A DNA stretch of 64,000 nucleotides. Origin: Lama glama (taxonomy: Eukaryota). Below the pieces are notes generated by a model. That model saw nothing but the letters and a program-made list of their open reading frames with translations. It did no database searches and had not been told where the DNA came from. The position numbers and the translations under genes were made by a program. Location of the stretch: NCBI GenBank assembly GCA_028534125.1, contig CM052817.1, positions 2,482,001 through 2,546,000 on the forward strand. The letters run 5' to 3'. How positions within the stretch are numbered: position 1 is the stretch's first letter; each line of letters begins with the position of its first letter. Of the stretch, positions 37,831 through 51,020 are shown piece after piece.

Positions 37831-40499
37831 GCGGCTCCCCTGGCCTCCTGCCGTCTTAGCAGGATTCTGACACACGAATCAGTGAGAAGGTGCTTGTCAC
37901 CCTCGGTCAGCCCCCCGCCCGGCCAGCTTCACACGGCCCCAAACCCACGATTTCCAAATTATTAAACCCAATGAATACCTTATTGCTCAGTGTCTTCAAA
38001 CACGGGTTGGATTGTATGGCTCCCTGAGCACGAAGCCCAGACGCCTTAGCTCGGGGTCACCAGCGCCCTGGCCTCAGCTGGTCCCAGGGGCTTTTCACCA
38101 TGACCTTTCCCTCCTGCCCTCGCGCACGGCTATGTCTCTCATGCAAATTAAGGGACCACCTCTCTGAGCCTCAGTTACCCTGTTTGTAAAGCGCAGATAC
38201 AGTGTGATAGGGGCGAGGGCTGCGACAGGCCCAGCATGGGCTGCGCACACATGAACAGGAGTTGTGTTTCTCCTGACGTGCGTGGCTGTCTTCTCAAGGG
38301 GAGGGTTCTATGTCCTCTCCATTTCTGCGTCCCTCTCAGCGTCAGACAGCAGACAACACGATTCCGATTTGCCAAGTGAAAGACAGCAGATTTCTCTTTT
38401 CTAGAAGGTGCAGGATTTCCACAACAGCCTCCCTGTAATGTGGCAGGCTCACCGGAGGCTGGAAACACGCCCAGAAATGTACCTGGCAGGTGAGCCTGCT
38501 GCTGAACCCGGCACCTCGCGTCCAGCCTAGGCCAGGGGCAGAGGTCCGGCTTCCCGTGACTGCTTTTGCTCCGATGGTCAGGCTCACGGGCAGTCCCCAT
38601 AATCTGAAGCATTTGGTAGCGATCTAATTAAATGTTAACACATCATTAAAGTGATTTGTGATCAGCACAGTTAACAGTTTGATAGATCCATTCCTGGCTG
38701 CCTCCATGCTGGAAACAATCGCCCTCAATCAGCCCGGGGCTGTTGACATCTGCTGAACGTTGCGGGGACACACGTACGGGCTGGCAAGGCACGTCTGCCG
38801 CCCGAGACGCGCCAAGCGCCCATGACGGTCGCTACCCAGGGCGGGGGCGGTTGTGTGTGGACATGGGGTGCTGCAGAGGGGTGGAAAGCACTTAATTTCT
38901 GGGGCACTTTTGAAGCTGCTGTTGTCTGGGTGTCCCAGCAGAGCCAACACGCCTGGTGGAGGATTAAGGAAGCACTGCCTTGCCCTGGTTAACATTCTGT
39001 AATGAAGGCAGCCTCCTGGTTGAAGGCTGTGAATCACTGCTTGTTAATGGGATTAATTGCTCAGGAATTAACTCTGCACACCTGGCAATGCGGGCAGGGG
39101 ATGGCAGCCAGTTCTGTCTAAATATCGATACGGTGACTTGGAGGCAGGGGAGAGATGGCTCAGCGGAGTGCAGAGTATTTACTCCGGGGAGAGGCAGCCT
39201 TGAAAAATACAGAATGGCCTTATGGCCAAGCTCTACATAAAGGAAACAGGACACTAGTCCTCGCTAGACCAGAAGGGGCCCATGGAACTTCAGGGACTGT
39301 TAGAGCCAGCTAGTCCAACTTCCTCTCTTCACAGCTGGGGAAACTGAGGCCCAGAAGGAGGCGGGAACATTAGTGCTGGGGTGGGAATGGAATCAGGAAG
39401 CCATGTGGCTGGGCCAGCAAGTCCAGGCTGTGTGTCCCGGAGGCTGGGTGGCTCTGAGCCCCAGTACCTTCATCGGGGATACCTTGGCCTCAGCAGGTGG
39501 AAAGAGAACTACAGGAGGATGTGGGTGTCAGGTGTACGTGGAGAGCCTGGCCCACAGTACCTCTCACCTCCCTCCACCTAGGACTGGGCTCCGCTGCAAA
39601 TCTCTAAGTGGAAATGAGGTCGAATGCTCCAATCCAAATGGGGTTTATCTTTCAATGGCTGGGTCACTGGCGAGTAGAATTTGGTTCCAGAATAATTCAC
39701 TGAGAATTCGGTTCCAGAATAATCCAGCCATGTACCCGGCACTTGAATGACAAGGATGTTAATGACACCTTTCTCACTGGACTCCAATCTTACCACACCT
39801 TCCTCATCCTGAGTCTTTGGCAGCTGCGTTGATGTGGCGGACTTTGTCCCAGTTCTGAGACCCCACACAGGTTACTCTCACTGCAGGGAATACTCGCCAT
39901 CCTCATCTCCTGGCTCCTATCCATCCGCCTCTGGGTCTGAGCTTAAATGCTGCCTCTTTGAGAAGCCCTCCAGAGCTGCTGTGATTAGGCTGGGTGCCCT
40001 GTCCTGTGATCCCCCAGCCCCTGGCTTCCCTTATGCCCCCCCCCTTTGCTTGTCAAGCACACACCCCTCACTGGGCCGTAAGCCACTGCAGAGCGCGTCC
40101 TAGCCAGCAGTCCTGGCCCGGTGAGCACTGCAGGCCCTGGCTTCCCTATGCAGGCTGCGCTGTGATGGCAGTCTCCACGGCTCAGAGTTCTCATGAGGAC
40201 TGAACAGCAAAGCATGAGAGGCCTGTGGCACAGTGTCTGGCCCCTGTGAAGGGCCTGTCGACGCCAGGCCTGTCGTGATTCTTAGTCTCAGCCGAGGGTG
40301 CAGCCACCATGTTCCTGTGCAATGCCCACCCTGGCAGCCAATCGCAATAAGTGGACACTGGTGGCCCCTTCTCTTGACAGGCTCCCTCACAGTGCAAAGA
40401 CTAAACAGATGGTGGCCGACAGGGTGAAGGCCGAGGAAGAGTGGAGTGGGGAAACGAGAAGGGTGATAGAAGGTTTTGTAGGGTGTGGTCCCACCCGAT

Positions 40500-40790
40500 C
40501 TGGGCCTGAAGTCATGACCCAGGCAAAGAATGTGTGGGCATGTGTGCGCGTGCGCATTAGGGGTGGGGAAGACGTTCTGGGAGGGGGCCATTCCAGGCAA
40601 AGAGAACAGCATGAGTAAAGGCACAGAGGTCTGATATTTTGAGTACTCTGAGCATTTTGGTATTTCTGGTGCATGTGTACAAGAAGGGTAGTGTCTCCAG
40701 CAGAACTTGACAGGTGGGTAAGAATCATAATGGGCAGGACTTTGAGATCTCTGCTAAGGAGGAGTGACTTTGTCTTATACAAGATGTGTG
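40500..40790 (-). mobile_element. LINE-2 fragment
   Basis: ccattccaggcaaagagaacagcatgagtaaaggcacagagg is an antisense L2 motif. Confidence 0.65.
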
Positions 40791-40799
40791 GTTTGTGAA

Positions 40800-42300
40800 G
40801 GGTTTTATCCAGTTTGACAACCTTATACTTTTACTTAGAGTATCTAGTCCATGTACGTTTAATGTAATTACTGATATAGTTGGATTAGAACTACCGTTAC
40901 CATTTGTTTCCTATTTTTTCTCCCTTTTCTCTCCTTTCTTGTCTTCTTTGAATTAATCCATTTAAAAGCTTACACCATTTCTCTCTATTAACTTTTTAGT
41001 GTCAGTCATAACCTAGAAATTAAAATATGCCTTATTATTCTTTATAAGCTCATAGAATTGATTCTTTCTTACTACTGCCTGATGATGTTAGAACTTTAAA
41101 ACACTTTAATTCCATTCATTCTTCCCATCTTTTACATTATCACTCCCTGCCTTTTGTTTATACATATATTTTAAACCCCATAACACATTATTATTGTTCT
41201 GAAAGGTCTATAATCACGTACGTTTATGAACACAATTGCCCTTTATTTATTCTTCCTTCCTCCCTGCACCCATGTGCTTCAGCCAGATTATCTTCCTTTT
41301 GTCTACAGTATCCTTTGTAGTATTTCTTTTAGTGCAAGTATGCCAGTGACAAAGAAAGCAAATTTTCACTTGTCTAAAAATGTCTTTCACTCTCATTTCA
41401 GAGGATAGTCCGTCTGGATGTAGAGTCAAGATTGGCAGACAACTTCTTTCAGTGCTTTAAAGAGGTTGTTCCACTGTCTCCCAGCTTTCATCACCTCCTT
41501 GGGAAATTAGTCGGTTTCCGCATCATTCTTTTCCTAAAGGTAATACATGTAATGTGTTGTTTTCCTCTTTGGATGTTTTTAATATTTTCTCTTTGTCTTT
41601 TCCAGCAGTTTTTCTGTGGTGTACCTAGATCTCATTTTTGCTTGTTTGCTTTTATTGTTTTAATTTATCTTGCTTGGGGTTTGCTGAGCCTTTGAATTTG
41701 TGAGTTTATTTCTTAAAACTATTTTGGAAAATTCTAAGTCAATATTTCTTCAGATTTTCTTCTGCCCCATTTTATTTCTCTCTTCTCCTTCTGGGGCTCC
41801 AATTACAACTATATTAGAGAGTTTATATAGTGTCCCACATACTTTTCATGCTCTTTTATGCATTTTCATTGTTTTCCTCTATTTGCCATAATTTAAGTAT
41901 CTCTACTGACCCATCTTCTATTTCATGACTCCTTCACCACCTTCTGCTGTGTCTATCCTGCTGTAAAATCCGTCTCTTGAGCTATTAATTTTAGGCTTCT
42001 TTTCATTTCTAGATTTTTTAAATTAACTTTTTAAAGATTCTAATTCTTGATTGGAATTCTCTTTTTAAAAAATGGATCTGCTCCATAATTTATTATTTTA
42101 AACATGCATCAATTGTTGTTATTTGGAAGTTTTTGCCAGCTTGCTCCAGTACTTGGATAAACAGCAGGTCTGGTTCTGTTGTCTGTTTCGCCCCTCTTGG
42201 CTTTCTTGCATCTGCCTTTATCGCTTGGCATTTTAATAATTTTTCATTTATTGGCAGATGCTGTATATAAAAATTGTAGCAGCTCCAAAATAGTGATAAT
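40800..42300 (-). mobile_element. Ancient LINE-1 internal fragment
   Basis: T-rich strand with antisense L1 motifs (tttaatgtaattactgatatagttggatta, gttccactgtctcccagctttc, tctccttctggggctccaattaca). Confidence 0.75.
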
Positions 42301-43089
42301 AGTGGTTGTATTTTCAACCTGAGGGTTCCTTGTTCCCTCTGACAGGCAGACAAAGCATGGGGCTGATCATCTTAGGAGCTGATGCCTGTTAGCCTGGGTT
42401 CCAGATTTGGGAAGGCACTGCCTTCCTCTGGATCCCCCTGTCCTCCCAGTACAGCCCTTCAGATCGTCAGCTGAGAGCTTGTCATCTTCCCTGAGCCTCT
42501 TGTCCTGGTAGGTCTTGGTCTCTTTAGCCCGCGGGACTGAGGCAAATTCCATTCTGCTTTTCAGAGGTTTTGACCAGCTTTTTACCCATGCTGTCCATTC
42601 CCCCAGCAGGTTCAGAATCTGGCAAAAATCTTGACATGGAAATGGCCTGTGTTTTTGAAGCCTCCAAAGCCTCTAATTTCATCACTCCAGCTCTGCCAGC
42701 CACCCGTAGGTCTAGTGGGCTCTTTAGCTGGGCCCATCCAAGCAGAACCTTCTTCCCAGGACAAGCCCATATCTCACCCCCAACTCCCACCTAGAAGAGT
42801 GAATTGCCCTCCAGCAAAAGTGGCCGAGGTTGGTCACTCACCCTCTGCACGCTCCCCTGCCTTCTGGCCCTGGTGCTTCTGCAGCATTCTGACAAGGAGG
42901 CAGTTTTGTCCTTGGCGGCGGGGGGGGGGGTGCCTTGTTCTGTCACGGACTCCCTGCACCCTCCCCCTGCAGAAACTGTGATGGCTTTAAACAAGGAAAC
43001 TACATGAACTCTTTTGAGGGGGGTGGATTGTTTATTTGTGTGATTTACCCACTCTTTCATGAAAATTACATTGTTTACTCATCACAAAA

Positions 43090-43420
43090 ACATTGGACAA
43101 GCTTCTCTGTGAGGACTGCACCTTCACCTTCTCCAGGGCTTCTCTGCAAAGGTCCACCTTCTCAGGAGGGGGCCCTCAATGCCCCCATCTCCGCTGTCAC
43201 TCCCAACTCTCACTCCTCGTCCCTCTCCTGCCGGTTTGTCTCCAGGGCTTGTCATTATCTGATAGAGCATTTTTGTCACCCATTTCTTTGTGTTGTGTCT
43301 GCCTCCCCCAGTAAGTGAAAATTCCACACAGCAGGCATTTTTACTTGTTTTGTTCATTGCTGAGTATGGTCCACTCAGGACCAGGCATGTAATAGGGGCT
43401 CAATAAATATTTGTGTGATA
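43090..43420 (+). mobile_element. LINE-2 3' end
   Basis: cttgttttgttcattgctga...ggcatgtaataggggctcaataaatatttg is the L2 3' terminus. Confidence 0.78.
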
Positions 43421-43710
43421 GATTCCACATAGAAGCAATGTCTTATGGTATTTTTCTTTGTCCTTCTGGCTTACTTCACTTAGTATGACAGCCTCCAGGT
43501 CCATCCATATTGCTGCAAATGGTATTATTTTATTCTTTTTTATGACTGAGTAGTATTCCATTGTATATATATACCATTATGAGGTCCTACTCTCTAGCAC
43601 AGGGAACTGAATCTGAAAAAAAATATATATATATATAACTGATTGACTATGCTGAACACTGGGAATTAACACAACATTGTAAACCGACTACACAATTCAA
43701 TTTTAAAAAA
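43421..43710 (+). mobile_element. 5'-inverted (twin-primed) lineage-specific L1
   Basis: Antisense ORF2-end segment 43421-43578 joined to a sense 3'UTR/poly(A) at 43580-43710. Flanks ttgtgtgata / ttgtgggata. Confidence 0.82.
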
Positions 43711-44299
43711 TTGTGGGATAATTGAGGAGTGTCATCATCTTTAACAGATAAGTAAGTCAGGGCCAACTTCAAGTAACTTAAATAAGGGCAGGCCACAGGC
43801 ACCAGGGCTCAGACAGCACACCTTCTTGGGGACACGTTCTACCCACAGTGGGGGTGGGGATATCTGCAAGCTCTTTGCTGACCCCCTCCCTGCCCAGCTC
43901 CCAGAGGGTGGTCTCTGATGGACTCTGGTGTGCCCCCACCAGCCCACATGTGCTTGCTGGGTGGTCCATGCCCACCAAGGACTGTCCTGTGCACCGAGGA
44001 CCCTGAGAGGATGCAGCCACCCCGGTATCTGGTGGGGAGGCAGATGCCCAAACAGGTTATGGGGTGACAAGTCTCACCCTTGGGGACAGATGCACACCCC
44101 TTCAGGGACACATTAACGTTACAACAAGAGGAAGCAGAGTCCGGAAGTACGAGTGGTGCTTCCCAGGAGACTGGGAGCAGAGTAGCACCTCGGCCAGGAA
44201 CCTGTGCATCTCCGCAAGGGGGAGGGTGTGTGCGTGCAGGGAGGGCAGGGCCCAGAGAGATCAGAGCCTGGAGGTCAGCTCAGTGGGGGTCAGATGGCA

Positions 44300-45350
44300 G
44301 AGGGGCCGCCCGTTGGACCTCCGAGCAGACCGAGGAAGCTGCCCCTCCCGAGATCCCAGCGTGGAGGAAACGCCAGCACCTTTGGAGAGAATCCCCGTGA
44401 GCGTGGAGAGCCGGGAGGGCCGCGCCTGGCCCTGCGCCCCGAGGGAGGGGCCTCGGTGTGGGAGCAGGTATTGATCTGCCGCGCTGGGCGGGAGGAGGCG
44501 GTTGATGGATGAAGCACTCGGTCCCTCGGCAGGCACGGCGCTTCCACATTAGGCCACTGGCGCCAAAATTGTCTAGAAAGCCCATCGCAGACGGCGGCAC
44601 ACGGCGCGCATTGAAACGGCAATTACAGAGCCAGTCATTAATTAAATAAGACCTGCTTTTTGCAGCCACACGCGGGAAACAGGCTGCTCATTCAGCTGTG
44701 TATTCATTCCTCGTTGACGGGGCATCAGGCGTGCGTGAGATGCCGGGAGGCAGGGCTCCCAGGCAACACCTGATGGCAGGCCCCTCTCTGCTCCCCCGGA
44801 CCTTCGGCCTCTGGGCCTCGGCTCCTCCCCGTGGGGCGGGCTTGGCCGTACCTCCTTGCTGGGGGCTGTGAGGATAAGCGAGAAGATGCAGGTGGGGCGC
44901 CCAGCGCGGGGCCGGCACGCAGCTCCTGCGGACCCGCATTCCCCAGGCGGAGGTGCGCGGGTGCAGGAGCGTCCGCCGCGAGGCCGTGCGCAGAGCTGGA
45001 CCCAGGCCCTGGGTGCGCCCTGGACCCTGCTGGGACAGGAGCTGCAGTGCAGCTGAAAGACGGAGACACCGCCAAAGACCCCCGTTTCCTCAGCAGCCCA
45101 GGCTGCACTTGAGGTCACTTCTCTGCAACTGGGCGGTCGCTGCCTGCGGCCTCCCTCCGCCGGCGCGCAGCCTCCCCGCGGCCTCCCCGCCCTCCCCGCC
45201 CTCCCCGGCTCTGGACACTCTGGTCTCCGCCCCCGCGGCCCGTCCTGTTCTTGCTGCTCCCCCAGTAGGTCCAGCTCAAGTCCTGGCTGGTGGCGCCCCC
45301 CTTAAAGAACAGACCTGTGTGTGGGCTGTGCTGCCCTGGCCTCCGGGACG
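44300..45350. promoter_or_regulatory. CpG island with embedded AT-rich homeodomain-motif core
   Basis: Dense CpG at 44400-44620 and 44830-45240. Core ggcaattacagagccagtcattaattaaataag at 44618-44650. Confidence 0.6.
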
Positions 45351-47344
45351 CCTGGTCCCGGCTCCCTTCTCCTCTGTTCTGGGGCTGTCCCTCCTCCAGC
45401 TCTGCCTGGGCCTTGCCGCCTTCATAGACATCTTTCTACGGCTTTTCTTTTCTCCCTCCCTCCTTGTATGCATGGGAATTTTTAAAATTGCTTTTATAAA
45501 ACTATTCAATTTGTTTCTCTCAAAAATTTTTTAAAGGCTTGAGCTTGGGATAAGGGGTCGTGGAAGACTTGGAAACAAAAGGTAGATTAAATTCCTAAAT
45601 TCAGTATCAGGGTGGGTTTTGAAATGTTGCTCCGTATCGGGTCAGCCTGCAGCTGTCTTTTATCAGCCGGTATCAGACGCACCAAAACGTGGTCAAACGC
45701 AAACATAATTTCTCTGTTTTGGTGGAACAGCCGATTCTGCAGGACACATTTGTGTTGCATCTGTTTCAGGGCATCTCAGTAACGCTTGGAACATGCACCT
45801 TATTTACGTGAATCTATAAGGGGGCTGTAATAACGCTAACAAGTTAACTATAATTAACAAGAGGCCAGTGAAAGCGATGGCCTCCGGGGCCAATGGCAGC
45901 ACGCATTTGGGGTAAAGTCAGGGGAAGACACCTCCTTGCTTCTGCTCTCCCCCCGGTCAGGGCCCGGCTTGCGTGCGGAGATGCCGACGGTCTGCAGCCT
46001 GCTGAGTTTCCTACCGTGACACTGTCTCCTTTGACAACCACCTTCAGCTCCGCCTTAGAGGCCTGCCTGGACTTAGCCCCTTAGTATCCACCAGGACGCG
46101 GGGGATGTGCCGTAGTGACAGCCCCACGGCTCACACCAACCGGGTGTCTGTGCGGCAGGGGCCAGGCCCTGGGAGTGCTGGGGGGGGGCGAAGGGCAGCT
46201 CCGCAGGACGCTCATGCCGTTGGAGGAGGAGGACAGGCAGTGAGCAGACAGGGAAATATACAGAGTTGGTTGCACCGTGTTGGTGATGGAAGGAGTAGGG
46301 TGTCTCTGAAGAGGGGCCCTGGGCCCTCCTGACCGGGGCAGGCATGGACAAAAGTCCTGAAATTGCAATGTCACTTACAAGAGGCGCTCAGCACCCAGGG
46401 CCCCTCAGCGGCCCTCCTCCGCAGCCTGGGAGCACTGGGCTGCTCTGGGCCCGGGTGAGGACACCAGGCAGATGGCAGCGGGCAGGGGGTGACATCTGCG
46501 CACGGCTCCCCCTTACTTAGCACCTCCCTGAGCGCTCATCCCAGCAGGACACAGGCCCCAGCGGGAGATAAGACCCTCCGCGGTCTGCCGCTTGCCTTCC
46601 CGCCTCATTTGAGGCGGCCTGACAGTGTCGCTCTCTGTGGCCCGATTTCATCAGCTGTGAAATGGGGTGATCCTCCCGGGATGGTCAGAGAGGGTGAGTC
46701 AGGGTCTGCAGAGTCCTCTGCCCTGGGCAGGGCTGACCCAGCCCCCGTCCTGTGTCTGTTGACTGAATGAGTGAATGAATGAATGAGTGAATGAGGCCCC
46801 CAGTTTTCCAGCTAGACATGGAGGAACCAGGACCCACTGTCCCCTGGCAGCCCAGACTAGCTCTCAGCCGCCTGGCTGGCTGCAGACCCACAGGGGAGCC
46901 ACCATGGCTGGTGGGCGAGTGGGAGGTGCGGGGTCCCACCCCACAGAGACCTCCCTGGGCTCACACCTGATCAGCGGAGCCCTGATTGCCCTCCCCCGAG
47001 CACCATTACAGCAATTAGGAGCCGAGCGCTCCACTTAACTGCCCGAGCGCAATCACAGAGCTGGGGCGGGGGAGGCGGGGTCGGCCGTCTCGCCTGCCTG
47101 GAGCCCCCGACTCACCCGGGTCCGGGCGTAAATGCAGTCGGAGGGGGCTTGGGTTGGACCACAGCCTGGGTGGGCCTTAAGGGCTCCGACCACGGTGATG
47201 GATGGCAGAGAAGGTGCTGATCACCACGTCCCACGTCCAAAGGAACAACCTCAGAGCCACCTCTGGACGTCCCCATGCCTGTCCACTGCTTCCCTGACCT
47301 CACAGGGAGCTCTGCGGGGCCTGGGCTGGGCTTCAAATTCCCAC

Positions 47345-47690
47345 TGTGTTAGCTTGGCCACCATCACAAACTTCCACAAGCAGGGGGCTTAAACTACAGA
47401 ATTTATCTTCTCACAGTCCTGGGGACTGAGATCAGGGTGAGGGCGGGCCGGGTCCTCTGGGCCCTCCTCCTTGGCGGCCGGTGCCATCTCCTCCCTGTGT
47501 CCCCACAGGGTCTTCCTCTGTGTGTCTGTGTCCTGACCTCTTGCAAAGACACATGTCATACTGTACTGGGCCCACCCTAATGACCTCATTTTACCTTAAT
47601 CCTCTCTCCAAATACAGTCACGTTCTGAGGTCTTGGGGGTTAGGGTTTTGAACATACACATCTTTGAGGAACACCATTCATCCCATAGCA
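47345..47690 (-). mobile_element. MaLR LTR (MLT1 family)
   Basis: ggcttaaactacagaatttatcttctcacagtcctgg ... gcccaccctaatgacctcattttaccttaat ... ccaaatacagtcacgttctgagg. Confidence 0.88.
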
Positions 47691-48974
47691 TCCATATTAC
47701 AGGATCCCACAGCTCGCGAGTGGTGGTGCGGGGTTTGGACTCAGGCCTTGGGGCCCATATCCTGTACTCCTCCCAGCCCACAGCAGGGCGTAGAGGCTGA
47801 GAACGGCCCTGCGTGGTGGCTCCTGCATCTCGACCTGCTCTGAAAGACTCCCGGACATCTCAGAGATGCTGGCCTCTCTGCCTGACACTTGGGGAACACT
47901 GGACCGTAAGTTCCCCATGCTCAGTTGTTCCCTGTGTGCCCAGAACTCAGCCTGGTGCCTGCACAGTAACGCCTGTTGGAAGGGAGGCAGGACAGGCAGA
48001 GGTCTTCCAGAGCCGGGCCGGGACCTGGGAGCCCTCTTGGTGGTAAGGCTGCAGGTGTTTTGGGGCGTCGCTGAGCTCATGACACGCCTGCTTTCCTGGG
48101 GCCCTGCAGGCGGCCTTTCCTCCTTAGGAAGCACCAGCGCTGCTTCTCTAAGTGTGTCCAGAGCTGTGCTCCGGGGACTTCGGGTGGAGCCTCCCTGCAC
48201 GGTGCTCCCCGAGGGAAAGCCCTGGATGTCTGCGCGCCACCCCCATAGCCTGGGCTCGGAGGGCACCGCCTCGGGGAAGGGCATCATCGCGTGCGGCTGT
48301 TTTCAGCTGCGGGACTTCCTCTCCTGCTGTTTCTGAAACGTGTCTGGACAATATGGAAGCCCTCCGGACAGGACAGATTCACTAGTCTCCTGAAGAATTT
48401 AGGCAGATTTGGGAAGCAGAGAAGCACCAAGGTGTTCCCTCATGGTCTCTGCACGTATAGATTTTCCTTTAAGAGGCAGAATACAAATGAATAACAGTCT
48501 GATTGTCATTAATGACACAGGCTTACCGGCCCGTGGCTCTCAGACAGCCACTCATTAAGGGAAGCGTTCATTTTCCCCCCGGGTGACTTTGTTCGTTAAG
48601 TTCTCAGAAGAACCTCACACTGGCCAGAGGTGACCACTCTGATCATGAGTGGCATGGCCGTAACGTTTGGCACTGAAGGAAGAACTCTTTATAGGGGTCG
48701 TTCTGTTTTGGGAACTGCCCTTGGGCAGAAATTGAAAAACCCACTCACACCCCCACATCCACCCCTACCCCCACATATAGAGTGGGGGGCCCTCTTAAGG
48801 GGAGAGCCTCAGAAGGAACTATTCCCCCAGCAGAAGGCAGAAATCTGGTATGCGGAACCCTTCACCCTTTTCATGCTGACACCACCAGCTGTCTGCATGT
48901 CCCCATGTCCTCTCTGCCCAGCCCAGAGGCCTCAGCCTTCCTTGGGGGCAGTTCACACCCACAGCCCTCTGCCC

Positions 48975-49300
48975 TGAACACCTGCCCCTTCTCCCTGCGG
49001 CTCCTCATTGGCCCTGGGAGCAAACTCAGCCCACACGTAGAGCAGAAACACCAGGGAGTTCACTCCCCCAGGAGCAACCTTCCGTCAGCGATGGGGAGCT
49101 GGTGATTCAGTACCCCACGCAGGGAGGCCCTGCAGAGTGTTCCGTGCGGTCTCTCCGAGGTCCCCCAGTGGGGCTGCGTCCGGCTGTCCACAGCGGGAAC
49201 TTCCCCATCAACCCACCTTTCTTAGCTTCCGTCCCTTCCCCGCCTCGCTGCCCCACACCCACAATGTACTTCGGGGTCGTCTCCCAGATAAATACTCGTC
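48975..49300 (+). mobile_element. ERVL LTR16-like LTR
   Basis: ggtcccccagtggg...gtccacagcgggaac...cccttccccgcctcgctgccccac...ctcccagataaatact resembles the LTR16 3' half. Confidence 0.65.
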
Positions 49301-49451
49301 AGTCCATAAGTGGGGAAGCTCCAGGCCGGGCGAGCAGAGGCCTGGCTCAGGAGGCTGCAGTGTGGCTGGCGCTTCCCGTGACCCTCCCACCTCCCAGCAG
49401 GACCTGGGCTCCTATCGGGGGACGAGTGCTGGGGAGCAGGACAGCTCCGGC

Positions 49452-49805
49452 TGTACCGTCTAGGTTCTTTGGAGAAACAGGGCCGCTCAGACGGAGGGAT
49501 GCAGAGACTTACTGTAAGGGGTTGGCTCACGCAGTTCTGGAGGCTGAGAACCAGGAGCACCGAGGTGGAAGCTCTGGTCCCCGGTGCGGGGGAATCAGAT
49601 GTCCCAGCTCAGCAGTCAGGCACACCAAGCCCTTCTCACACGGCCTTTTTGCTCTAGTCTGGCCTTCAGCTGATGGGACGAGGCCCACCCACACAGGGGA
49701 CGCTGTCTCCTGAGCCGGTGCTAATCTCATCCTGAAACTCCCTCGTGGACACATCCAGAATCATGTTAACCCCGTGACCCAGTTAAGTTAAAATCAACCA
49801 CCACA
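49452..49805 (-). mobile_element. ERVL LTR (MLT2 family)
   Basis: TG...CA termini. ttggctcacgcagttctggaggctg, ggccttcagctgatgggacgaggcccacccacac, acccagttaagttaaaatcaaccaccaca. Confidence 0.85.
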
Positions 49806-50744
49806 TCAGCCTTCTGAGGGCTGCGACATAATGGCTGTGAGCTGATGTTAATTCCTAGGGACCCAAAGGCCACCATGGGCCACAGGTCTGGGTGGGGACA
49901 TAGGGAAGTCAGGGGACAGAGCGAGTCTCGGTCCAGTTCCTCGCACAGAGTGTCCCACGGTTGTGCCCCCAGTCCCAGAATACAGCGTAGGGCAGGATGC
50001 AGAAACTGGCAGCACCTTGGGTGGCTCCACGGGGGGACCTTGAGCACATGATGCTGGGTGGGAGAAGCCAGGCCCGGCGACCAGCCCCGTGTGCCTGTCA
50101 CCGGCCTTTCCTTCGGCTCCTCCCTACCCGGCTGTCATTTACATCAACAGGGTGAAATCCCGACTTGCAGCAGCGGACAGACACTGTCTTCGTTGGCCAA
50201 GGAACGGAGAAGAGGGAGCTCATGCTCGAAAAGCGCTTTCTCCCGAGCGCGGGGCAGGACCAGCTTTCGCAGAGAAAGGCGCTAGAGGGCGGGGATGGGG
50301 CACGGGCCGTTGTCACTTCCGTTCACGGAAGCGGGGGCCAGTTTCCCGGAACAGGGTCTGCACCTCTTTCCTGCCCCTTTATGGTCCTGCGGGGTCTGGG
50401 TCAGAAGAGGGTCAAACCAACAAGGCGCCAACTGAGTGGGGATCTTAGCATTAAGATGAGATGCCAATGAGCCGTAGCGCGACCTTTGTCCCAGTTTTGC
50501 AGTCCAGCCAGCCTGTCAGTTTCTAGTGGCAAAGCCCTCTCGCTGCCACTGTGCCAACACAGCAGAAGACACGGTCAGTCTTGGTTTTCTGCAGATTTGC
50601 ACAAAGGGAGGTTATTTTAGAAACAGGGGGCTTCCCTGCCGTTTTGCCGACGGCAGGTGTGCGTGTGTTTTACAGAGAGAGTTTAGGTGCAGCTCAGGGA
50701 CCCGTGGCTTCTGTGGGTTACAGTTCCACTTATGAGAGGTACCA

Positions 50745-51020
50745 ACAGAAATCAAATTCATAGAGACAGAAGGTAATCGAGGTGCCAGAGGCTGGGGGAG
50801 GGGGCGGAGGCGTTTTGATTTAACGAGGACAGAGTTTCAGCTTGGGAAGATGAAGAAGTTCTGGAAATGGTGATGGTTTCTCAACAACATGAATGACCCA
50901 GGGAAGGACAAATCCTGTGTGATACTACTGAGATGTGGCATCTAAAAACACAGCTACTAGTGACCACAACAAATAAGAGGCAGACTCACAGGTACAGAGA
51001 ACAAATCAATGGTCGCCACT
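50745..51020 (+). mobile_element. Older L1 3'UTR fragments
   Basis: caaattcatagagacagaagg...gacagagtttcagcttgggaagatgaagaagttctgga (L1MB-like), then gcagactcacaggtacagagaacaaa. Confidence 0.75.
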
